Positions 56,322 to 64,000 of a stretch of DNA of 64,000 bases are shown one piece after another. A program made the translations under genes and the position numbers. The DNA is from a virus: the IMG/VR virus record IMGVR_UViG_3300049740_000832. The stretch is one strand, 5' to 3'. The notes beneath the pieces are model-generated. The model was not told where the DNA came from. It searched no databases and worked only from the letters and a program-made list of their open reading frames with translations. Each line of letters begins with the position of its first letter. Position 1 is the stretch's first letter.

Positions 56322-56965
56322 CAATCAGGAGAAATCCTGAACTGCGACCAAAAGTATTACTCGCAACACCAGAAAATCATATTAATCGTCAGTATACAGA
56401 AGACCTTTTTCGCGTTATGCAAGAAAACCGCGAACATCACGGTTTTGAACATGCAAGGTGGAGAGACTGGAATCAACAGGTTCGAGAAAATCATCGTGCA
56501 TTTGCAATTGTTCGTAACCCGTGGAGTCGAGTTGTATCGCGATTTGAATTTGCAAAAAAGGTAATCTATAAAGAAGATGGTTCTGACCATTTTGGTAGAA
56601 CAGATTATATTGACTGTTCCTCGTTTGAAGCATTCCTTGAAACTCGACACGAATGGGGTGGTAGAAAGTTCTTCTGGCATCGTGCAATCCGTGGGTGGTA
56701 TCCCGCATTGGATTATGTGACTGATGAAAAAGGTAAACTTAGGTGTGACATTCTTAGGTTTGAACACTATGATGATGACGTAAAATCATATCTGGGTGTC
56801 CTATTCAATCCCGAACCTCGCAATGTGACTGGATATAAACAGTCTACATATACTGATTACTATAACGATAAAACAATTCAGATTGTTGCTGACTGGTATA
56901 AAAAAGATATTGACTATTGGGGATTCGACTTTGATAGTGCTGCACAAAGGAACTATTGGAGATGA
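56276..56965 (+). CDS. Sulfotransferase family 2
   Basis: FVHIPKNGG; VRNPWSRVVS; Y.KD...GF. Confidence 0.8.
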   Translation: MGKKIFVHIPKNGGMTIRRNPELRPKVLLATPENHINRQYTEDLFRVMQENREHHGFEHARWRDWNQQVRENHRAFAIVRNPWSRVVSRFEFAKKVIYKEDGSDHFGRTDYIDCSSFEAFLETRHEWGGRKFFWHRAIRGWYPALDYVTDEKGKLRCDILRFEHYDDDVKSYLGVLFNPEPRNVTGYKQSTYTDYYNDKTIQIVADWYKKDIDYWGFDFDSAAQRNYWR

Positions 56966-57558
56966 TGGGAAGCCCAATAAACAAAGACTCCGTAAATATT
57001 ATGGGGTTGATAGAACCAAACTCGATAGGCGCAGAAGTGGGCGTCTGGTTTGGAAACTCCTCACAGAAATTCTTGGGTCGAGGAGTGAGAGAACTTCATC
57101 TCGTAGATGCATGGAGTATTGAACCATATAAAGAATCTACAGAACATGGCACATATGAAAACTATCTAGAAAGATATTCCAAGATGTGTGGGGGTAATAC
57201 CGAAAAAGATTTCCAAAAATACTATGATAGTGTTTATAGAACAGTGAAGTCAACAATAGGAACAGACCCTCGTGTTACCATTTATCGAATGAACTCTAAT
57301 GAGTGGTTTGATAGTTTTGATAAGAAACTTGATTGGATTTATGTTGACGGTGACCATTCCTACGAGGGGTGTCTTCGTGACTTGAACAATGCACTAAAGG
57401 TTGTCAGAGTTGGCGGTCTTATTCTTGGAGATGATTATAAATGGCCAGATACAAAATTTGGTAAGACTGGTGTCACTCGAGCGGTAGACAAGTTTTGTTA
57501 TAGTAATGGTTTATTGAAAGAACAACACGGACAAGTTCAGTTTAGTATAAAGGTATAA
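56956..57558 (+). CDS. Methyltransferase (Methyltransf_24-like)
   Basis: GAEVGV; DWIYVDGDHSY; GGLILGDDY. Confidence 0.8.
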   Translation: MEMMGSPINKDSVNIMGLIEPNSIGAEVGVWFGNSSQKFLGRGVRELHLVDAWSIEPYKESTEHGTYENYLERYSKMCGGNTEKDFQKYYDSVYRTVKSTIGTDPRVTIYRMNSNEWFDSFDKKLDWIYVDGDHSYEGCLRDLNNALKVVRVGGLILGDDYKWPDTKFGKTGVTRAVDKFCYSNGLLKEQHGQVQFSIKV

Positions 57559-57559
57559 T

Positions 57560-58087
57560 ATGCATCCCTCATCAATCGCAAATATGAAAAGGTGTAGAGA
57601 ACACCTAAATGAAGTTATCGGAAAAGACATCACAGTTTTGGATGTTGGTGGTCGTGCATTGAAAGCAGATAAGGATAGGTCATATCGTCCAATCTGGGAA
57701 GATGTTGCAGAGAAATATCTAATTGCAGACCTTGTGGCAGGATTGAATGTTGACTTACCAATGCCTGGCCCTTATACAATTCCCCTTGAGGACGAGTCTG
57801 TCGATTTGGTTGTGAGTGGTCAAACCCTTGAACATGTCAAGAATCCCTTTCGAAGTGTTACTGAGATGACACGAGTTTTGAAAACGGGTTCACATATTAT
57901 TTTAATTGCACCATCTACTGGCCCTCGACATGATAGTATTGACTGTTGGAGATTTATGGATGACAGTTTCAAGGCAATCGCCGAGGAATGTGGTCTAAAA
58001 GTTGTGTTAGATTATATCGATTTTGGCCCGTGGGAAGAACGGTCTGCAAGATGGAAAGACCATGTTTTCATCGGTAAGAAGAAATGA
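57560..58087 (+). CDS. Class I SAM methyltransferase
   Basis: VLDVGG; DLVVSGQTLEHV; DCWRF. Confidence 0.8.
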   Translation: MHPSSIANMKRCREHLNEVIGKDITVLDVGGRALKADKDRSYRPIWEDVAEKYLIADLVAGLNVDLPMPGPYTIPLEDESVDLVVSGQTLEHVKNPFRSVTEMTRVLKTGSHIILIAPSTGPRHDSIDCWRFMDDSFKAIAEECGLKVVLDYIDFGPWEERSARWKDHVFIGKKK

Positions 58088-59409
58088 TAAAACTTATATT
58101 GTTTGACCTAGATGGAGTTCTGGTCAATACAAAAAATATACATTTTGATGCATTGAATGAGGCGTTGGGTGAACGTGCAGTCACCCGTGACGAACACTTG
58201 TCCTTGTATGATGGTATGACTACCATGAACAAATTACGTTTCATGGGGTTCTCTGAGTCTGAATCCAAGAAAATATTTTATGACAAACAACTCTATACTT
58301 ATCGAAGACTAGACTCACTTGAAAAAAACAATAATATCATTGATTTATTTTTAGAATTAAAGAAAGAAGGATATGAAATTGGAATTTGTTCTAACGCAAT
58401 TAAAAAGACTGTGGTTAAATGTCTATCCAGAGTTGGTATTACTCACCTATGTGATTTTTTTCTCTGTTCTGGTGATGTAACTAATCCAAAACCACACCCC
58501 GAAATATATTGGAAAGCGATGTCAACTATGGGTGTTCTTCCTGAAGAGACTTTGATTGTTGAGGACTCTCATGTTGGTCTGTTGGCAGCGCATCGGTCTA
58601 GTGCAAATGTGATTAGGGTGAACAGTCCTGATGATGTAAATCTTGGTTTAATAGAAAGAATCAAAGGTCAAACTCCAACTCCTCGATGGAAAGATGAGAA
58701 ACTAAACGTAGTCATACCAATGGCAGGCGCGGGTAGTCGTTTTTCAAATGCGGGATATACTTTTCCTAAACCACTGATTGATGTCAATGGGAAACCAATG
58801 ATTCAAAGAGTTGTAGAGAATATCGCGATTGAAGCAAACTATATTTTCATTGTCCAAAAATCACATCGAGAGAAATACAATCTGGATTCGATGTTGAACA
58901 TGATTGCACCAAACTGCAAGATTGTGGAGATTGAAGGTATGACAGAAGGTGCTGCTTGCACAACTCTACTCGCAAAAGAATATATCAATAATGACTCACC
59001 ACTGTTTATTGCAAACTCTGACCAATATGTAAAATGGGATTCATCACACTTCATGTATAAAATGAAGGAACATGATGTTGATGGTGGTATTGTTACTTTC
59101 AAAGCAACACATCCCAAGTGGTCATATGCACAGACAGATGGTCTAGGTAATGTCGTGAAGGTTGCGGAGAAAGACCCAATCAGTGACAATGCGACTGTTG
59201 GGTTTTACTACTGGAAACGTGGTAGAGATTATGTGTCTTTCTGTGAAGACATGATTGCGCTTGACCAGAGAGTAAATGGTGAGTTTTATGTCTGTCCTGT
59301 ATATAATAATGCGATACGCGAAGGAAAAGGTATTAAGATATATGAGGTTGAAGAGATGTGGGGACTAGGAACTCCTGAAGACCTTGAACAATACTTGAGA
59401 GAGAATTGA
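58084..59409 (+). CDS. HAD phosphatase fused to sugar nucleotidyltransferase
   Basis: FDLDGVL, KPHP, VEDS; IPMAGAGSRF..PKPLI; EK; GTPEDL. Confidence 0.88.
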   Translation: MIKLILFDLDGVLVNTKNIHFDALNEALGERAVTRDEHLSLYDGMTTMNKLRFMGFSESESKKIFYDKQLYTYRRLDSLEKNNNIIDLFLELKKEGYEIGICSNAIKKTVVKCLSRVGITHLCDFFLCSGDVTNPKPHPEIYWKAMSTMGVLPEETLIVEDSHVGLLAAHRSSANVIRVNSPDDVNLGLIERIKGQTPTPRWKDEKLNVVIPMAGAGSRFSNAGYTFPKPLIDVNGKPMIQRVVENIAIEANYIFIVQKSHREKYNLDSMLNMIAPNCKIVEIEGMTEGAACTTLLAKEYINNDSPLFIANSDQYVKWDSSHFMYKMKEHDVDGGIVTFKATHPKWSYAQTDGLGNVVKVAEKDPISDNATVGFYYWKRGRDYVSFCEDMIALDQRVNGEFYVCPVYNNAIREGKGIKIYEVEEMWGLGTPEDLEQYLREN

Positions 59410-60143
59410 TGAGAGTCGCATTATGTGTATCTGGTAAGTGGACGGGTGAAGACTATACGAATTTTTTGAGAGAAAGAATTCCACATGATGAGTTTTATAC
59501 TGCAACCTATACTGGTATCGAAATGCCGTTTGAACCAGATTTTCGTATGGATGAACCAGAAAATACTTATCATTCACTATTTGATACACAACCATATCCA
59601 GACAGTGAGTCTGAAGGTCGAAGAGATATTCTTGGAAGAGATGAACATAAAATTTTGTCAGAATATAGAAAATATAAAAAAGCTTCTGAACATTGGCATA
59701 AACAAATATTATTACACGCATGGATATGTGAACAAATAGAAACAGATATCATTATTAGAGCGAGATTTGAAACGATTGTATCAAATCAGATAGATTGGCA
59801 AGAGTGGATTGACAAATGTTATGATGAAGAAATACCTATTGGTTTCAATACAAGAACTGAAGGTGATGCAAATCAATACCATCATGATTTGATGAGAGCA
59901 ACCGAAGTTGGTTTTTATATCAACGATGCACTAATAATTCATCCGAAGAAAGTTTTAGAATGGGATTATGTGAATCATCTATATAAGGAGAAGAAACTAA
60001 GAGGAGCAGAAGAGGGATGGTATCAAGTCCTATCTGAGTCTCAGGGTCATTATCATATGTGTTATCATGGTGGAGCATATTCTATAAAAGATGAGGCAAT
60101 AGTGAAAGATGCTGATGAAAGTATTTATAATTACTCTTCTTGA
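59409..60143 (+). CDS. Glycosyltransferase-like hypothetical protein
   Basis: RVALCVSG; DIIIRARFE. Confidence 0.5.
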   Translation: MRVALCVSGKWTGEDYTNFLRERIPHDEFYTATYTGIEMPFEPDFRMDEPENTYHSLFDTQPYPDSESEGRRDILGRDEHKILSEYRKYKKASEHWHKQILLHAWICEQIETDIIIRARFETIVSNQIDWQEWIDKCYDEEIPIGFNTRTEGDANQYHHDLMRATEVGFYINDALIIHPKKVLEWDYVNHLYKEKKLRGAEEGWYQVLSESQGHYHMCYHGGAYSIKDEAIVKDADESIYNYSS

Positions 60144-60813
60144 TGACCGCAATTCTCGTGATGCATGTAATCGCGTCATTAAGTCTATTGATGACACAGG
60201 TTCAGACCTTGAACCAATAATCTTTCGTGCGACTACACCTGAGTCACTCGAAGAAGATATGTGGTTGAAACTCGATTGGACGTTCCCAACCAATGCAAGT
60301 CAAGACCGTATGGACATGGCGACAGGACTATATCTTCAACATTATCAGACCGCAAACTTACAGAATCGTATTGCCTGTATGGTAAGTCACATGCGTTTAT
60401 GGCAGAGGTCAATCGACCTTGAAGAACCAATTATGGTTCTGGAACACGATGCACTCTTCATTCGCAAGTTTAGATTTTCGGACTTGACAGATGGGTTCAA
60501 AGGTGGTATAGTAGGACTCAATGACCCTCGTGGTGCAACTCGAAAGGCGAGTCTGTTTCATTCAAAGGTCAGTTCGCGTATGGGATTACAACCAGTTCCA
60601 GACCTTGAGGACAACTATCCTCACGGACTCGCTGGAAATTCCGCATATATAATTACACCAAAGGGTGCAAAGAAAGTATTGAAGAAGGTAGGGGAAATAG
60701 GAATGTGGCCCAATGACGCACTTATGAACAAACAGTTCTTTCCGTGGATGCAAGTAGTCTATCCTTACTATACAACTATTCAGAAGGGGTTGGTCTCAAC
60801 CACAACGTCATGA
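60109..60813 (+). CDS. GT25 glycosyltransferase
   Basis: ACMVSH..LW; VLEHDA; SAYIITP.GA. Confidence 0.75.
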   Translation: MLMKVFIITLLDDRNSRDACNRVIKSIDDTGSDLEPIIFRATTPESLEEDMWLKLDWTFPTNASQDRMDMATGLYLQHYQTANLQNRIACMVSHMRLWQRSIDLEEPIMVLEHDALFIRKFRFSDLTDGFKGGIVGLNDPRGATRKASLFHSKVSSRMGLQPVPDLEDNYPHGLAGNSAYIITPKGAKKVLKKVGEIGMWPNDALMNKQFFPWMQVVYPYYTTIQKGLVSTTTS

Positions 60814-61457
60814 AAGCAAAAGTAATTACAATAATGCATAACTCTTCGAGTATCGATGTCGCAGAACGTTGTATCGCGTCAGGTAAAAAACACGGCGTGA
60901 CCGTAAAATGGTTTCGGGCTATTACACCGAATGATGAACCACTTGAACTACTAGAACGTGAGGGTATTCCACCTAGTGCATTTGACGAGAGATACTCTCG
61001 CAATCTGAATTGTATCTCTGCATTCCTATCACACTATTCATTATGGAAAGAGTGTGCATCAGGTGAAGAGACCTATGCAATCTTTGAACACGATGCGGTC
61101 ATCACTGCACCTCTCCCAACTCAACCGTTTCATTATGTAATGAATATTGGTCATCCCTCTTATGGTAACTGGAATACACCAACATTGATAGGAGTTAATC
61201 AGTTAACCACTAAACGATACTTCCCAGGCGCACATGCATACATGGTCACGCCCGCAGGCGCGAAGAAACTTGTAGAGGCCGCGCCTCAACTTGCACGACC
61301 AACAGACATATATCTAAATCTAGATAACTTCCCGTGGTTACAAGAATACTATCCGTTCTGTGCAGAGGCGCAAGATAGTTTTACCACAATTCAAGTAGAA
61401 GAAGGTTGTCTTGCAAAACACAACTGGAAGAAAGGATACAATATAATCGATGCGTGA
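60810..61457 (+). CDS. GT25 glycosyltransferase
   Basis: AFLSHY.LW; IFEHDA; GAHAY.VTP.GA. Confidence 0.75.
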   Translation: MKAKVITIMHNSSSIDVAERCIASGKKHGVTVKWFRAITPNDEPLELLEREGIPPSAFDERYSRNLNCISAFLSHYSLWKECASGEETYAIFEHDAVITAPLPTQPFHYVMNIGHPSYGNWNTPTLIGVNQLTTKRYFPGAHAYMVTPAGAKKLVEAAPQLARPTDIYLNLDNFPWLQEYYPFCAEAQDSFTTIQVEEGCLAKHNWKKGYNIIDA

Positions 61458-62118
61458 GATATTTGTAACAGGTTGTGACGAGAAGACCGAATGGCAACTC
61501 CCGTGGTTCATACAGAAATTCCGTGAACATAATCCAGAGGCGCAACTTGTAATTGCTGACTTTGGTATGAGTGATTATATGTGGCAACAAGTCTATGATG
61601 ACTTTGATGACCACTTTGAAGTGTTGAGTGAAGCAAAGGGGTGGTTCAAAAAACCCCGTGCATTACTTGATGCGTCTCGTTTAGATGATGTGTCGAAGGT
61701 ATGTTGGATTGACACTGATTGTGAAATCAAGGGTAACATTGAACACATCTTTGACCTGTCACAACCACATCGTCTTGGTATGGTTGAAGACCGTCCGTGG
61801 ACTAGACGTAGAAATGAACTGGGTGAATGGTATAACTCTGGTGTTGTTTTGATTGAAGGCACACCAAACATTGTGAAGATGTGGGCAGACGAATGTCTTC
61901 GGAATCCTGTGCAGGGTGACCAAGAAGTATTGTATCTAATGATGGAGGGCGACCCTCTTCAAAAACTTACATATATCCATCCGTTGCCCCACACATATAA
62001 TACTTTACGATTAGACTACATAGATGGTATAAATGTAAGAAACCCAAAGATTGTCCATCATACGGGCAAAAAAGGTAATGACGCAATTAGGAGACAGATA
62101 AATGAATTATTTACTTGA
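61450..62118 (+). CDS. GT8-like glycosyltransferase
   Basis: WIDTD, YNSGV, GDQEVL, HHTG. Confidence 0.7.
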   Translation: MREIFVTGCDEKTEWQLPWFIQKFREHNPEAQLVIADFGMSDYMWQQVYDDFDDHFEVLSEAKGWFKKPRALLDASRLDDVSKVCWIDTDCEIKGNIEHIFDLSQPHRLGMVEDRPWTRRRNELGEWYNSGVVLIEGTPNIVKMWADECLRNPVQGDQEVLYLMMEGDPLQKLTYIHPLPHTYNTLRLDYIDGINVRNPKIVHHTGKKGNDAIRRQINELFT

Positions 62119-62323
62119 AGCATTAGTAACAAAACTTGAAGGTGAAATTGCAATCGCAAGAGCAAACATCAGAGTTTATATGGAAAATTCCGTTGGTATC
62201 GGAGAACATCCCGAAGTGGTGCAAGCAATTGAAACACAAATTGAAAATATCGCAACCGCAGAAGAAAAGATTGGTGTAATCAAAGACCACTTTGGAACGG
62301 GCAGTGATTTAAGGCACAAATAG
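62102..62323 (+). CDS. Hypothetical protein
   Basis: GIGEHP; AGGAG RBS. Confidence 0.6.
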   Translation: MNYLLEALVTKLEGEIAIARANIRVYMENSVGIGEHPEVVQAIETQIENIATAEEKIGVIKDHFGTGSDLRHK

Positions 62324-62325
62324 TA

Positions 62326-62736
62326 ATGTATGAATATAGATGTAATGTCGTCAAAATTATCGATGGTGATACGGTTGACGTTGATATTGATTTAGGGTTT
62401 GGTGTATGGATGCGTAAACAACGCATTCGGATGTATGGTATTGATACACCTGAGTCACGCACACGCGATAAAGAAGAGAAAAAATATGGTCTTGCCGCAA
62501 AAGCATTTCTGACTGGTCTATTGGATGACCCAAATGGCATTGTCTTGAAAACACATAAAGATGGTAAGGGTAAGTTTGGTCGTATTTTAGGTGAGTTGTG
62601 GAGAACCACTGACTTCGCAGACCAATCAATCAATGAGTATATGTGTGAAAAACATCATGCGGTTCGTTATTTCGGACAATCAAAAGACTTGATTGAAGAA
62701 CAACATGTATTGAATAGAGAACTTGTCAAACTATGA
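62326..62736 (+). CDS. Thermonuclease (SNase) family
   Basis: IIDGDT, RIR..GIDTPE, GKFGRILG. Confidence 0.88.
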   Translation: MYEYRCNVVKIIDGDTVDVDIDLGFGVWMRKQRIRMYGIDTPESRTRDKEEKKYGLAAKAFLTGLLDDPNGIVLKTHKDGKGKFGRILGELWRTTDFADQSINEYMCEKHHAVRYFGQSKDLIEEQHVLNRELVKL

Positions 62737-63323
62737 TAATAGTTCCTGACCGTTTGGTCTTTGTTCATGTTCCTAAAACAGCAGGAACAACAATATCAGA
62801 GTTTATTCGTCATCGTTTCGATGAAAGTATTATTGATGTTGCAAATCAATATAAGAGTGATAAAGTATATGGCGGTCATTTACCAAGAGAACAAATGAAT
62901 GTAGACTTTTCTAAATACATGTCTTCATTGCCTATCTTTTCTATATGTCGGCATCCCTATGATAGACTTGTAAGTGGATTTCTTCATTGGATTCGAGACA
63001 GGGGTTATGGTCAGGGTGATTACCCTCAAGGATTTAACTTTGAATCTTGGCTCAAAGGTAAAAATCATGTATGGAAACTACCATTAACAACATGGATTAG
63101 GGAAAATGATATCATTCTTCGATATGAAAATCTATCAAATGATATTATCAAGATGGAAGAAGTGTTAGGAACTAAGATAAAATTACTTAAAAAGAATGTC
63201 GGTATTCATGAACTCTTGGGTTACAATTATCCGACCAGAAATGATATAATCCGTCCTGATATAAAAGAGTATATACAAGAGACCTATAAAGAAGACTTTG
63301 AAAGATTTGGATATGAGAGTTAA
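62733..63323 (+). CDS. Sulfotransferase family 2
   Basis: FVHVPKTAGT; RHPYDRLVS; Y.EDFERFGY. Confidence 0.8.
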   Translation: MIIVPDRLVFVHVPKTAGTTISEFIRHRFDESIIDVANQYKSDKVYGGHLPREQMNVDFSKYMSSLPIFSICRHPYDRLVSGFLHWIRDRGYGQGDYPQGFNFESWLKGKNHVWKLPLTTWIRENDIILRYENLSNDIIKMEEVLGTKIKLLKKNVGIHELLGYNYPTRNDIIRPDIKEYIQETYKEDFERFGYES

Positions 63324-63951
63324 TGTTTTAGGTAATGGTGACCATGCGGGATTATTTGAACGTGGTTTGCCGGGCAAATTACTAATATGTAACATGCCTC
63401 CATTTGAAATCCCTCGCAAGGAAGTGTGGGCAACCTGTATGGTTGACTTCAAAATGATGAAGGCACTTCAAGAGGGTAAGATTCAACTGGACATGTATGA
63501 CTGGATTCTTGGAACTCGTCCTCGTGTTTGGATGGAAGCATCTGGGTCATTCTACCTAAAGTATTCTCATCTCATCAAAGGTTTTTATCAACACATTCCA
63601 GAATATGCTGCACTGCCAGGCCAAAGTCTTGGACAAGCGGCAACCAATTTTAACTGCGGTCACTTTGCGGTGCATTATGCATGTAACAAGATGAAAGCGA
63701 CTGAAGTTCACATCTATGGGTTTGACAGTATCTTTGATATGAATCTAGAGAGTTTTACTGACCTCATTCTGGAAAGTGACCGAAGCACTCAAAACACAGT
63801 AAGGTTGGCGGATAACTGGAGACCTATCTGGACGGAGATGTTCAAAGAATTTTCCGAAGTAGAGTTCAACCTTTATCATTCTCATAACAACATTAAAATA
63901 CCTGTCTCTGATAATGTAAAAATACACGTTGTTACCAAAAAAAAGTCTTGA
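63313..63951 (+). CDS. Hypothetical protein (glycosyltransferase-like)
   Basis: VLGNG, ICN, NCG, IYGFD. Confidence 0.5.
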   Translation: MRVNVLGNGDHAGLFERGLPGKLLICNMPPFEIPRKEVWATCMVDFKMMKALQEGKIQLDMYDWILGTRPRVWMEASGSFYLKYSHLIKGFYQHIPEYAALPGQSLGQAATNFNCGHFAVHYACNKMKATEVHIYGFDSIFDMNLESFTDLILESDRSTQNTVRLADNWRPIWTEMFKEFSEVEFNLYHSHNNIKIPVSDNVKIHVVTKKKS

Positions 63952-63976
63952 CTTTAGACCGTAACTGTGATATGAT
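63948..63976 (+). promoter_or_regulatory. sigma70-type promoter
   Basis: TTGACT-17nt-TATGAT with extended -10 TG. Confidence 0.65.
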
Positions 63977-64000
63977 GTAAATCACAATCAAGGACGCATA

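Noticed and set aside
1-64000. Numerous minus-strand and alternate-frame ORFs in the six-frame track
   Set aside because: They are shadows of + strand genes with recognisable motifs, and have no RBS, promoter or motif support of their own
1-64000. Alternative genetic code
   Set aside because: Conserved genes are full length under the standard code, and TAA, TAG and TGA all act as stops

Overview
A 64-kb segment of a large T4-like (myovirus-type) phage genome. All credible genes are on the + strand, and it carries both sigma70-type (TTGACA-N17-TAnnnT) and T4 late (TATAAATA) promoters. A permuted two-piece tmRNA, a pseudoazurin and a PRX5-type peroxiredoxin suggest an alphaproteobacterial, probably marine, host (inference). 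Gene order: gp43 polymerase (5' partial), AEP-like primase, sugar-nucleotide enzymes, uvsX, gp41 and thyX; tmRNA, pseudoazurin and tRNA-Pro; a late-promoter operon of two small membrane proteins, CsgF, CsgG, a curlin-like protein, a FecR-domain protein and a CHASE2 adenylate cyclase (best candidate for an uncharacterised trans-envelope signalling system); DUF932, peptidases and an exonuclease; a late block of probable capsid-packaged proteins; a holin and an outer-membrane beta-barrel; NrdA with an internal glutaredoxin, and NrdB; two ANL-like paralogues; PhoH and an M15 endolysin; and an ~18-kb glycan/modification island. All calls come from reading motifs by eye; no database searches were run.
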